Source of the DNA: a virus
Taxonomy: Duplodnaviria > Caudoviricetes
Length of the DNA: 54,461 nt
Direction: 5' to 3' (one strand)
Virus record (IMG/VR): IMGVR_UViG_3300022912_000011
Location: 1 to 54,461 of that record
Shown here: piece by piece, positions 8,597 to 17,164 of the stretch
How the letters are laid out: each line of letters starts with the position of its first letter
Position numbering within the stretch: the first letter of the stretch is position 1
Program-made: the position numbers and the translations under genes
Notes under the pieces: generated by a model
Seen by the model: the letters and a program-made list of their open reading frames with translations, nothing else
Told to the model about the DNA's origin: nothing
Databases searched by the model: none

Positions 8597-9325
8597 TTAT
8601 GCTCCGTATTTTGAGGTCAGGATAATATGTGGACGGAGCGAAAATTGCAACTTGTTAATTTCAGGCAGTTTGTCGTTAGGCAGTATCTCCTTTCTGGTAG
8701 TGCCGTACAAGAAATTAGCACAATAGATGAATGACCAGATAGCATATCCAGACAAAATATCTGCTGTACTACCTATTGAAAGTGGAGTCCCACATGGACT
8801 TGCGGGAACATCCTCATCCTTTACATCTAACGTTCCATCATACTTCTCTACTATCTTCGGTATAGTCATGGGAATAGAGTACACAATCCCATGTAGAACG
8901 TCCATTCGGGTTTCGATTACCCACTTGGTATCAAACCCTTCTTGAATTATGTTTCTGAATATATCCCTTCTCGAATCAAAAGAGTCAGTCAGAAGGAATA
9001 CTACTCCATCAAAAGTATTGGGGTCGTGTTCAGCAGAATTCACTCTCATGTTGTAAGTGTGAATCCTCTTTTGTTCCAGATCGGCACATATTTTACTCAG
9101 AGCGTCAACCTTATACTCTCCTATATCATTGTTGGTATAAGGCTGATTCCCTATATTATGCCTTTCTACTTTATCAAAATCATACACATGAAGCTGTTGT
9201 GGAGGCAGTCCCATCTTGATAAGACTAATTGCTACCCTCGCACCAGTAGCTCCTGCGCCTACTACATGTACATTGTCTTTAAACTTGGTAGGATTAAAGA
9301 CATCATTACTTCTAGTTATGTCCAA
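8597..9325 (-). CDS. ThiF/MoeB-family E1-like adenylyltransferase
   Basis: VVGAGATG, YDFDKVERHNIGNQ, KVDAL, TDSFDSR, ETRM; candidate catalytic Cys in ASPCG; TTG start with AAGGAG. Confidence 0.92.
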   Translation of the reverse strand: MDITRSNDVFNPTKFKDNVHVVGAGATGARVAISLIKMGLPPQQLHVYDFDKVERHNIGNQPYTNNDIGEYKVDALSKICADLEQKRIHTYNMRVNSAEHDPNTFDGVVFLLTDSFDSRRDIFRNIIQEGFDTKWVIETRMDVLHGIVYSIPMTIPKIVEKYDGTLDVKDEDVPASPCGTPLSIGSTADILSGYAIWSFIYCANFLYGTTRKEILPNDKLPEINKLQFSLRPHIILTSKYGA

Positions 9326-9337
9326 ACGTATTGCTCC

Positions 9338-9718
9338 TTATAATGTTACTGATGCTTCAGAGGATTCCGCCCCGGCCTTCCATTGATCAAGAATTGTCCT
9401 GTAATACTTAGGACTACAGCCGTAATTCATAAACTCATCGGGAGGAATGCAAAGGTACATGGTTAAATATTTGTATAACGGAAGAGAGTCCATGTAACAT
9501 ATAGCAGATTCTTTACTATAGACAGGAGTTATATCACATATCTCTTGCTTACTCTCTGTCATATGTTTCTCTATAATGAAGGCAGGAAGCCCCATAGCGA
9601 AAAGGTCTTTTGGATATTTCAGCAGATTCGCCATGAGTATATCTTTTATGTATTCTCCCTGCTCTTCTTCTGCAAACCTTGTGGCTTCGTCAAGATCGAT
9701 CAACGATTCCGAATTCAA
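9338..9718 (-). CDS. Hypothetical protein within the Ubl operon
   Basis: 126-aa ORF filling the gap between JAB and E1; start uncertain. Confidence 0.55.
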   Translation of the reverse strand: MNSESLIDLDEATRFAEEEQGEYIKDILMANLLKYPKDLFAMGLPAFIIEKHMTESKQEICDITPVYSKESAICYMDSLPLYKYLTMYLCIPPDEFMNYGCSPKYYRTILDQWKAGAESSEASVTL

Positions 9719-10571
9719 ACTGGTCTTGTGTTCCGTACTGGCTTTCCCACCATGCGACGTCTGCTGCCCCGACCCCTGTGTCTGTAGAAAGCCGAACCGA
9801 CCTCCGATCAGAGGAATTTGTATGCGTTTTGAATACCTGAACTTTTTCCAGATACTCCTGAATTAATGGGTCATTGTCCATGACTACGGCTTCGGGAACC
9901 CAATTTAGATTCTTAATTATGATTCCCTTTTTATAATGCCACATGTCAATGATAACTTTACCATTCTTGTTGAATATTCCCCTGAACATATAAGAAGGAG
10001 CAAGTTTCCCTCCTTGTCCAAAGGTCTTCATCTGTGCATTATCCTGCGAAGAGGGTTCAACTCCCATATTTACATGACTATGCCCCCAAAAGCGCAATTC
10101 CCTTATAATCTTGATAGCATTTGCTTTTGGGGTCATATTTTTCAGTAAGTCTGTGACTATGCGATTGATTCCCTTGCCGGAAGCATCAGTCTCTCCACCA
10201 GATACTCTTTGCTCTGGTAGAAATATATCGTACAATCGAAACACATCAGACTTTACTTTCTCGACTGCTCCGAACCAACTTATCTCATGCCCTGCAATTG
10301 AGACAAGAGTCTGTTGTTTAGATAAAGCCTCTTGAGATATAATCATTTTTGGATTAAAGCTCACAGTGAATTCTGGCTTACCCTTATCTGTCCTGAACGG
10401 TAAGGCCAAGTCAGTTGAGACTTCAGACTTATAAAGACTTATTTTCTTTTCCTTGCCATCTTCCGAGATGATCTTAGTCTCTATATATCCAGAGTTATTC
10501 TCTGCTTCTTTCTTCTTGTTCTTGCCTTTCTTTGCATTTTTTTCGCTCTTCGTTAGTTTCTTTCTCACCAT
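9690..10571 (-). CDS. JAB/JAMM (MPN+) metallopeptidase, Ubl-processing/deconjugating
   Basis: N-terminal catalytic E in HEISWFG and JAMM motif WGHSHVNMGVEPSSQD (HxH-x7-S-x2-D). Confidence 0.88.
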   Translation of the reverse strand: MVRKKLTKSEKNAKKGKNKKKEAENNSGYIETKIISEDGKEKKISLYKSEVSTDLALPFRTDKGKPEFTVSFNPKMIISQEALSKQQTLVSIAGHEISWFGAVEKVKSDVFRLYDIFLPEQRVSGGETDASGKGINRIVTDLLKNMTPKANAIKIIRELRFWGHSHVNMGVEPSSQDNAQMKTFGQGGKLAPSYMFRGIFNKNGKVIIDMWHYKKGIIIKNLNWVPEAVVMDNDPLIQEYLEKVQVFKTHTNSSDRRSVRLSTDTGVGAADVAWWESQYGTQDQFEFGIVDRS

Positions 10572-10619
10572 GCTTCAATTCCTTTCAAAAGGATAGGCAC
10601 TACAGTTATTAAGAGAGAA

Positions 10620-12776
10620 TTACGCTCCTACATGAGTCATAAGCATTTCTTCTGATTCTCCAAGCACTTTCTTAGAGTACTTGGTCAAGTATTTAGGTTC
10701 AAGGATTCTGAGTTGCCTCATATAATAGAAGTAGTTACCTTGCAAAACCTCCTTGAGATTAAAGTTGTTATCAGCCAAATACTTAACAAACTCTCCTTCT
10801 GTAGCTCCTTTTTCAAATCCTTTGATGAAAGTTTTATTATTTTCATCAATCCAAGGCCAACTATGGACACCTTTACCCCATGTATCTTTGACATTAGCGG
10901 ATTGTAGGTAAGATATAATCCTACCCACAGCTTCCGCATATCTATTCTCTCCTATAAGCTGAGTCAGTACTGCTCCTACATTACCATAGCAAGGCCCACC
11001 ACTAATAGGCACATGTGGAGCAATATGCCTTCTCTTAGTTCTGCCTAAACAATTAAGTACATCCAATGGCTTATACTTGATGAATGACATGTTCTTATTC
11101 ATTGGCAGTGTTATCTGAATTTTACCTATCAGATGCAATATTCCTGATCGACTGTCTCTGCAAAATAAAGGCTTTGTGCCTATATACAGAGTAGAAGTCT
11201 TTTCATTAGATATCACTTGATCTACTTTTGATAAAGAAAGTAGATTCTCCCATTGTTTTTCTATCGTGTTGGAGGTTTTGATAGCTAAAGTAGTTTCAAT
11301 CTGCTCTTGTTTGTCATGAATTATTTCTATATCTGAAGACGATTTCATAAGTTGAGTTAGAAGATGTTCATGTCTTTCTCTCAAACTCTTTTCCGTTTTG
11401 GTTAACTTATCTTTCTCTGTTCGAAATTGGATTAAACAATTATCTACATACTGTTTCTTTGCTATTTCCATCTTTTGTTTCGGAGTAAGGCGTTTTTCTT
11501 TCTTCTTTTTAGTGAATTCATTCAGAAGCGATGGGTCTGCTTCTATTATAGAATTGATTTCATCAAAAGCCCACTCTAAGTATTTAAAAGCAAGAGCGTT
11601 TTTACTAGTTGGAGTATATGGCTCTCTTTTTATGTTAATAAATATTCCTTTTTTGGGAACAATTCCTCCCAATTCAAAATCAAATTCCTTTACAAAAGGT
11701 ACAGCATCGTCTGTATTGCTTTTCTCTTCTGCCCTGATTGAAATCTTTGCAGAATGATGTTTAAGTCCATCTTGTATGGCATGACTTTGCACGATATGAG
11801 TCAATTGTTTAAAAGTTTCATATTTTTCTACATCGGCTTGCTTAGACAAATCCAAATCCAAGAGAATTTTATCTGGATTTGATTTTGATCTTACAGTTAC
11901 TTTTCCTATTCTTGGCCTATCTATCTCTCTTTCTATATATTGAGCGATATTTCTATACATGCCATGCCCATAAGTAGCTTCAAAAGAAAAGGCAAATATA
12001 GATATACTCTCATTGTTTTTTACAAAGGTATATCCTCCATAACCATGAGAGCAATTTGAATGTAAATCCATTATATCCATGCCACAGAGCATAGCTACAT
12101 GTTGGTTTTTAAGCCATTTCTTTCTGAAAGCTTCACAATGTGCTTCTCTTTTCATATGCATCATATGTGAGGTATGTGAGGAAGCAGATACTACTCTTGG
12201 AGTAGTGGACAGGCAAGAATAAGGAGCAGAGTAGAAGTAGCTATTCTCATACTGAGAGGAAGAATACTCTTGCTTCTTTCTCTTCCTTACTCCTGTCGTC
12301 ATGTATTCAAAATTAAAGGCTTCCTGTGAAAATGGTCTGAACATAGAAGCCTCATTCAGATTCAAGAAGGCAATAAACTCATTTGTACTCAAAAGAAAGA
12401 ATGCATTTTTACCTATTCCATTCAAGTGTGGATATCTTTTGAAATAACTATTTTGCATTTCTGTTGAGATATCACTATATTTTCTGAGAGGAATTCTTCC
12501 CATTTTCATATTTTTAAAAGGGAAAGAAGGGGAAGGGCATATGAGAACAGGGCTAAATCCCTGCTCAAGTGAATTTATAAGAGAAAGTTCAAAACCTTCT
12601 TTTATTTTGGCAGTAGCAGTTAAAGAAGGATATTTCTTTTCGGAAATATCTATACGTTCAGTCTTGTAAACCTTTTGCTTTATCAACGACTCCGCTATAG
12701 CGGCATGTGCTTTATCGGCAGTACTTCTGCGGTCTACAGCAACAGGAGTTTCAGTAACAAGAGTAGCCTTATTCAT
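10620..12776 (-). CDS. Large protein with coiled coil and C-terminal prokaryotic E2 (UBC-like) domain
   Basis: Coiled coil ~aa 425-510, then beta-strands and HIAPHVPISGGPCYGN resembling the E2 HP(N/H)x..G.xC.G site; operonic with JAB/E1/Ubl. Confidence 0.7.
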   Translation of the reverse strand: MNKATLVTETPVAVDRRSTADKAHAAIAESLIKQKVYKTERIDISEKKYPSLTATAKIKEGFELSLINSLEQGFSPVLICPSPSFPFKNMKMGRIPLRKYSDISTEMQNSYFKRYPHLNGIGKNAFFLLSTNEFIAFLNLNEASMFRPFSQEAFNFEYMTTGVRKRKKQEYSSSQYENSYFYSAPYSCLSTTPRVVSASSHTSHMMHMKREAHCEAFRKKWLKNQHVAMLCGMDIMDLHSNCSHGYGGYTFVKNNESISIFAFSFEATYGHGMYRNIAQYIEREIDRPRIGKVTVRSKSNPDKILLDLDLSKQADVEKYETFKQLTHIVQSHAIQDGLKHHSAKISIRAEEKSNTDDAVPFVKEFDFELGGIVPKKGIFINIKREPYTPTSKNALAFKYLEWAFDEINSIIEADPSLLNEFTKKKKEKRLTPKQKMEIAKKQYVDNCLIQFRTEKDKLTKTEKSLRERHEHLLTQLMKSSSDIEIIHDKQEQIETTLAIKTSNTIEKQWENLLSLSKVDQVISNEKTSTLYIGTKPLFCRDSRSGILHLIGKIQITLPMNKNMSFIKYKPLDVLNCLGRTKRRHIAPHVPISGGPCYGNVGAVLTQLIGENRYAEAVGRIISYLQSANVKDTWGKGVHSWPWIDENNKTFIKGFEKGATEGEFVKYLADNNFNLKEVLQGNYFYYMRQLRILEPKYLTKYSKKVLGESEEMLMTHVGA

Positions 12777-13057
12777 TTGCTCTCCAATATGATAGTAATC
12801 GAATCACCAATAATAACAGAGTCAGATACTAGAAACCTGATAGAAGCTTTGAGATCATTGACATAAACTATGCCTTTGCTACTAATAATTTCTCTCATCA
12901 CTTCTACGCAGGAATCTTGTTTAGTTTCTACGATATGATGCCAAATTGATTCAATCAACCTCTCCTTTTTTATTGGCTTAAAGATTATAGTTCTCTTTGG
13001 AGGAATACACCACAAAGGAACCCATATCAGTAGGCAAACTACAATAAGCTTTTTCAT
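12773..13057 (-). CDS. Small exported or membrane-anchored protein
   Basis: MKKLIVVCLLIWVPLWC signal-like N-terminus; GAGG SD. Confidence 0.6.
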   Translation of the reverse strand: MKKLIVVCLLIWVPLWCIPPKRTIIFKPIKKERLIESIWHHIVETKQDSCVEVMREIISSKGIVYVNDLKASIRFLVSDSVIIGDSITIILESK

Positions 13058-13058
13058 C

Positions 13059-13229
13059 CTATTCCTCTTTGATTGCGTCACAGATTAATTGCAGCCTCAG
13101 TTCAGTATCCTTGTTATTATCTAACAAGGGCAAGAAAACAGTAGCTCCTTCCTTTGGCTTTGCTCTTACCACCGTAACTGCTTTATCATCAATGATTAAC
13201 GTAAAATGATCAAGACGAGGGTCTGTCAT
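13059..13229 (-). CDS. Hypothetical protein
   Basis: Start MTDPR at 13229 after GAGG. Confidence 0.5.
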   Translation of the reverse strand: MTDPRLDHFTLIIDDKAVTVVRAKPKEGATVFLPLLDNNKDTELRLQLICDAIKEE

Positions 13230-13452
13230 TATCGCCTCGTTGTTATAAGAGACACACAAAGACAGACAAAAAGACAGGATACTACAATTGCTGGCATTTG
13301 GTAGGCTACTTCCCCTACCTTTAGAAAAGTGTACATATCATACATATCGATCTCCCTAAAATATAAACTTGTCCTGCCCCCCACCAGAATTTCACTGGTC
13401 TTCGATTGTGGTTTGACGTCTACCCCACTCAGGCAGGACAAGTTTATTGCTT

Positions 13453-13695
13453 TTATATTTCAGTTACATTAGAAGCAAAGAGTTCTGGCCTTCTCAGCAA
13501 TTCATCATCCAGATAGTCATACTTTCCACGTTTCTTAGCGGCAGTAAATCGTTCCCAACAATCATCTTCCTGCACCTTCTTCAGCATTGCAGCTTTGGAA
13601 AATTCTTGTTTCTTTTCTTTTGCTCGTACATTTTTCTTTGCAGCAGCAGGGTCAATAGAAGCTTGGAGTGCTGCAAACGAATTAAACTTTTTCAT
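13453..13695 (-). CDS. Hypothetical protein
   Basis: 80-aa ORF with AAGGGAG SD. Confidence 0.65.
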   Translation of the reverse strand: MKKFNSFAALQASIDPAAAKKNVRAKEKKQEFSKAAMLKKVQEDDCWERFTAAKKRGKYDYLDDELLRRPELFASNVTEI

Positions 13696-13754
13696 TGCTT
13701 TCTCCCTTATCTAATGGTTAGAGTAAAGTTATTGCTATTACTATGTAGTGAAGC

Positions 13755-14042
13755 TCATTTCTTAAATACCTTTCCCCCTATATATAGGGTATGAGTAATA
13801 AGAATTGTATCAAAGATGTACGCCATCTTGCCCATAGATTGAAGCAAAGATATCTGCTTGTCATTATAGATAATAAACTTCCTTCCTTCTACTATATCCA
13901 TAAGCAATTCAGGAGAACGCATCTCCATCATACAATACTCATAGATATATGTGAATAAGACCTTGCTAGGGTCTAGCTCATATTCTGCTTTCTTCTGTCC
14001 CAACTGCATGACAGATACTATTGGTTCAGATGGCGGCATCAT
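13755..14042 (-). CDS. Hypothetical protein
   Basis: 95-aa ORF with AAGGAG SD. Confidence 0.65.
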   Translation of the reverse strand: MMPPSEPIVSVMQLGQKKAEYELDPSKVLFTYIYEYCMMEMRSPELLMDIVEGRKFIIYNDKQISLLQSMGKMAYIFDTILITHTLYIGGKVFKK

Positions 14043-14048
14043 TTCTCC

Positions 14049-14240
14049 TTAAAACATGTTGAGCATAGATTCAGGATATAATCCTAAAATAACAAAGACT
14101 AAAGTAATTGTGCCAAGGATGAGATACGTCATAACTATAAAAGCTGCAATAAAAAATAACATCATGCAGATTCCAGAAATTACTGTTATCCACTCACGGC
14201 TCCATATAAAATCTGATAGTTTTCTTTTTATAGCTTTCAT
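14049..14240 (-). CDS. Small membrane protein
   Basis: 63 aa with long hydrophobic stretch. Confidence 0.6.
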   Translation of the reverse strand: MKAIKRKLSDFIWSREWITVISGICMMLFFIAAFIVMTYLILGTITLVFVILGLYPESMLNMF

Positions 14241-14371
14241 TCATTATCCCCTTTAGAACATTTGCAACATTTATCTTTTCTTAGGATAGATTCACAATCA
14301 TTGTAACTTGTATATTCTTTTTCACATTTAGCGCATTTAAGTCCATAAGGATAGTTGTGTCCGTTTACCAT
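14237..14371 (-). CDS. Small Cys-rich protein (44 aa)
   Basis: Not in ORF track: MVNGHNYPYGLKCAKCEKEYTSYNDCESILRKDKCCKCSKGDNE; GAGGG SD; ATGA overlap. Confidence 0.5.
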   Translation of the reverse strand: MVNGHNYPYGLKCAKCEKEYTSYNDCESILRKDKCCKCSKGDNE

Positions 14372-14416
14372 TATAGCCCTCGTTTTCTATCCTTTTCTAA
14401 TCAAGATACAAGAAAA

Positions 14417-14450
14417 CCCCTCTCACTCTATTATTCTAGAGTGAGAGGGG
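14417..14450 (-). terminator. Intrinsic terminator
   Basis: 14-bp stem CCCCTCTCACTCTA/TAGAGTGAGAGGGG, then TTTTCTT on minus strand. Confidence 0.8.
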
Positions 14451-14456
14451 AATAGA

Positions 14457-14672
14457 TTATAACCTGTCAGCTTCCCGCCTTATTCTTACAACAGCTAACT
14501 TGATCATTCTGCCAACAGGCCATACGATAAACGCACTGGTATTGATAGCTTCGAGATAGTCAGCTATGCTATTAAGCTCGCATTTAATCATTTTGAGCTT
14601 TTTAATGCATTCATCCAATACAGCGTCTATCTCTGCTGATGTCATTTTCAACTGCTCGTCTTTGTCTACCAT
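14457..14672 (-). CDS. Hypothetical protein
   Basis: 71-aa ORF, AAAGGA SD. Confidence 0.6.
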   Translation of the reverse strand: MVDKDEQLKMTSAEIDAVLDECIKKLKMIKCELNSIADYLEAINTSAFIVWPVGRMIKLAVVRIRREADRL

Positions 14673-14735
14673 CCGAATTTATCCTTTGTTATAAGGTAAA
14701 AGAGAATTGTAATGATTACTATCAGTATTGCAATA

Positions 14736-14984
14736 CTAAGCATTGGCTTTCTCCAATATGTCAAGTTTAGCTACATCTATTTCATTGATCAACTCAGATG
14801 CAAAGCTAAAGAACCCCCGTTGAGGATTCTTTTTATCTTCCGCAAGCCACACATTACCAGTGATAAGATACCACTGCATGCCACCATGAAAGATGTCTAA
14901 TTCAATTTGTATTTCTGTATCGCCAGTGATATAGTTATTCTTGAATATATCTCTAGCTTCAGCTTCAGGCAATATCCCTCGCAT
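14736..14984 (-). CDS. Hypothetical protein
   Basis: Start MRGIL at 14984 after AGGAG. Confidence 0.6.
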   Translation of the reverse strand: MRGILPEAEARDIFKNNYITGDTEIQIELDIFHGGMQWYLITGNVWLAEDKKNPQRGFFSFASELINEIDVAKLDILEKANA

Positions 14985-15098
14985 AATCTCTCCTATGCTT
15001 TGCGGAATAATACCACTGCTATTATACAAAGACACACAAACGCCAAAGCATGCAGGTTAGTACTGGCGTATATATATCCTTGAGCAGCAATAAGAAAT

Positions 15099-15127
15099 AA
15101 TATAACACAGCTAAATCTTTGAGCGAG
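15099..15127 (-). promoter_or_regulatory. Extended -10 promoter (leftward)
   Basis: TGTGTTATATT (15109-15099), identical to the -10 region of promoters at 17.49 and 52.33 kb; weak -35. Confidence 0.5.
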
Positions 15128-15129
15128 TT

Positions 15130-15372
15130 TCATTTAACTATCTCCTTGCCGGGCCATTTCAAAAGCATAGCCGCAAAGATAAGTTTTTCAGCATGATGTT
15201 GTCTCACATCCTGCGTGAGTTGAAGAGGATTGCCAATAAAAGTACAGCCATCCATCCTTCTGAAACTCTTCTCCTTTTTAACAATGTGCGCTCCTATTCG
15301 TGATAGACATTTATCTCGACTCCAATAACCAGTTGTACCTTGCTTCCTTTGAATCTGTTTAATAATGTTCAT
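15130..15372 (-). CDS. Hypothetical protein
   Basis: 80-aa ORF, GGGAGG SD. Confidence 0.65.
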   Translation of the reverse strand: MNIIKQIQRKQGTTGYWSRDKCLSRIGAHIVKKEKSFRRMDGCTFIGNPLQLTQDVRQHHAEKLIFAAMLLKWPGKEIVK

Positions 15373-15405
15373 GCTATCCTCCCAACTAAATAGGAAAGAA
15401 CTTTG

Positions 15406-15606
15406 TTAATCTCTAAAAAACCTAAACATAGGCTCGTGATCATCTATTGCTAATTCCATTTCTTTTATAGTATTGATTGCCATTCTTATTTTTGTCATAA
15501 TATTTAATTTTGTATCCTGTGAAATATAATTTCCTTTTATATAGCTATCATGCATACTTTCTATAACACTTTGTAATTCTTCAATAGCTATATCTTTCTT
15601 GCTCAT
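15406..15606 (-). CDS. Hypothetical protein
   Basis: 66-aa ORF, GAGAGGA SD. Confidence 0.65.
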   Translation of the reverse strand: MSKKDIAIEELQSVIESMHDSYIKGNYISQDTKLNIMTKIRMAINTIKEMELAIDDHEPMFRFFRD

Positions 15607-15735
15607 ATTATCCTCTCATTTGGTTATCTCTTAGGTTTCTAATAGTACAGCACCCTGTTCGTGCCATATATTGCATTACATTGCATTATATTTATACAAG
15701 ACTTTTTTATCTTCTTTTATTTAGTTTTATAAACA

Positions 15736-15771
15736 CTGATACCCCTGTTACTTTCGTAACAGGGGTATCAG
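15736..15771 (-). terminator. Strong hairpin (terminator or RNA-processing site)
   Basis: 16-bp perfect stem CTGATACCCCTGTTAC/GTAACAGGGGTATCAG with GAAA tetraloop on minus strand, 23 nt after the stop. Confidence 0.75.
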
Positions 15772-15794
15772 TTAACTGTTGATGGTGCAATTAC

Positions 15795-16592
15795 TTAACT
15801 GGCTAACAGCTTGTTGAAAGCCTCGCAGCTATCAGGGCAAACAACCTTGACGCTCTGCTTACGAATGTGCGTTCCGGTTCTGATAGCCTTTGCAAGAGGT
15901 TCACCTTCTTTAATCGGCTTTGCATGCTGGAAGTACTTCGCCAGTATTGCATTGTCTCCGCTAAACAGATTATTCTTGATACCACGTTTGAATATCCGCT
16001 CAGTGCCATCCGTGTACTTGGCGAAATTGTACCCCTCTTTTGTGGCTAACAAATGCCACAAGGTTTGACCGTGTTGATACGCCAGTTGCAATTCGTTATC
16101 CTCCAACCAGCTTGCATGCGCCTTGTTCTTGTCGTTGTAACGCTCACAGAGCTTGTCCGCCGAAGGATAAATGCGCCCCTCACTATCTTTGTAGGCTTTG
16201 GCTTCTTTGTCGCTGTGAAACAGTTGCAACTGCTCAGGACTCGCCGCATCGAACAGATCGTTGATAGTCACTTCGGTAGGGTCATCGCCAGAGATATCGA
16301 TGAATAAAGCCATACTCCGCTTTATCATCATTATCTCTACTTTATCCAGAGGGGTAAGGGATTCGATTTTGTCAGCATCGGTAAAGAACACAAAAGGCTC
16401 ACCTTTGTGTTCCGAACCTGCCAACAAATGCCACAAGTCAACATCGTAGGAGCCAGTAGGAGAATTAACAAAACCATCCCCGCCTTGTTCCTGAGTGATA
16501 ATAACGTGACTTCCCTTTTCCAGACTGATGCCCTGCTCTACTGTGCTTTTCATCTTGTTAACTCTGCGAAGCTTGCTATTCAGCTTAGACAT
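15795..16592 (-). CDS. Hypothetical early protein (first gene of the leftward unit)
   Basis: ORF 15795-16862; likely start MSKLNSK at 16592 after GAAAGG. Confidence 0.7.
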   Translation of the reverse strand: MSKLNSKLRRVNKMKSTVEQGISLEKGSHVIITQEQGGDGFVNSPTGSYDVDLWHLLAGSEHKGEPFVFFTDADKIESLTPLDKVEIMMIKRSMALFIDISGDDPTEVTINDLFDAASPEQLQLFHSDKEAKAYKDSEGRIYPSADKLCERYNDKNKAHASWLEDNELQLAYQHGQTLWHLLATKEGYNFAKYTDGTERIFKRGIKNNLFSGDNAILAKYFQHAKPIKEGEPLAKAIRTGTHIRKQSVKVVCPDSCEAFNKLLAS

Positions 16593-16910
16593 TTTAAAAC
16601 CTTTCAACTGTGTCCCTTGTGATTGTTTGCCGAAATCATACCTTGTAACGTCCATAGGACAACCACAAGGGACGATTAAACTGCAATCAGTAGGGAGACA
16701 ACCATAACCATAATCAACTCCGTAATGACTGCCCTTACAGTCACTAAGGGATAAGTGGTTTACAGCTTTATCTCTCTCTATATCACGTCCCACAAATATC
16801 AGTGGTACGTTTTTAGATATTTTTGTACTAAATTCAGCAGATTTTTTAAATTCTTTCTGCATCCTGCATCTAGCCTTTTTGAATTGTAAAACACTTGTCC
16901 AACCAGAGAC

Positions 16911-16939
16911 AAGTTAACACCTTTAGACCCATAAAGCAA
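16911..16939 (-). promoter_or_regulatory. Sigma70-type promoter (leftward, early)
   Basis: TTGCTT, 17 nt ending GGTGT, TAACTT; A-rich UP-like element. Confidence 0.55.
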
Positions 16940-17075
16940 GACTTTTATCTACCTATATATAAAGAGTTACAGAGCTATTAGAATGATAATCACTATCAGG
17001 GGGAAGTCTTTTCTTTTATAGTACTTAGCAAGCTAAGTCCTTAAAAGAAGTAAGACTTGAAAGGCATAAGCAAAT

Positions 17076-17164
17076 GCTATCAAAGCGAAAACCAAAAGCT
17101 TCTAAAGCTATAAGCAACAACTATCTAAGCAGAAGCAACGGCTATCAAAGCAGAAGCATCTAAG
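17076..17164 (+). repeat. Imperfect tandem repeats CTATC(A/T)AAGC(AGAAGCA)
   Basis: GCTATCAAAGC 17076, GCTATAAGCA 17107, CTATCTAAGCAGAAGCA 17121, GCTATCAAAGCAGAAGCA 17141. Confidence 0.7.

Noticed and set aside
8597-9325. ThiF as a thiamine/molybdopterin auxiliary metabolic gene
   Set aside because: No thiG, moaE or sulfurtransferase present; neighbours are JAB, E2-like and a Ubl lacking GG.
16593-16862. N-terminal 90-aa extension of ORF 15795-16862
   Set aside because: No good SD at 16862, a clear SD at 16592, and the region looks like structured RNA.
17076-17164. CRISPR mini-array
   Set aside because: Repeats are short and degenerate, without spacer-sized unique intervals.
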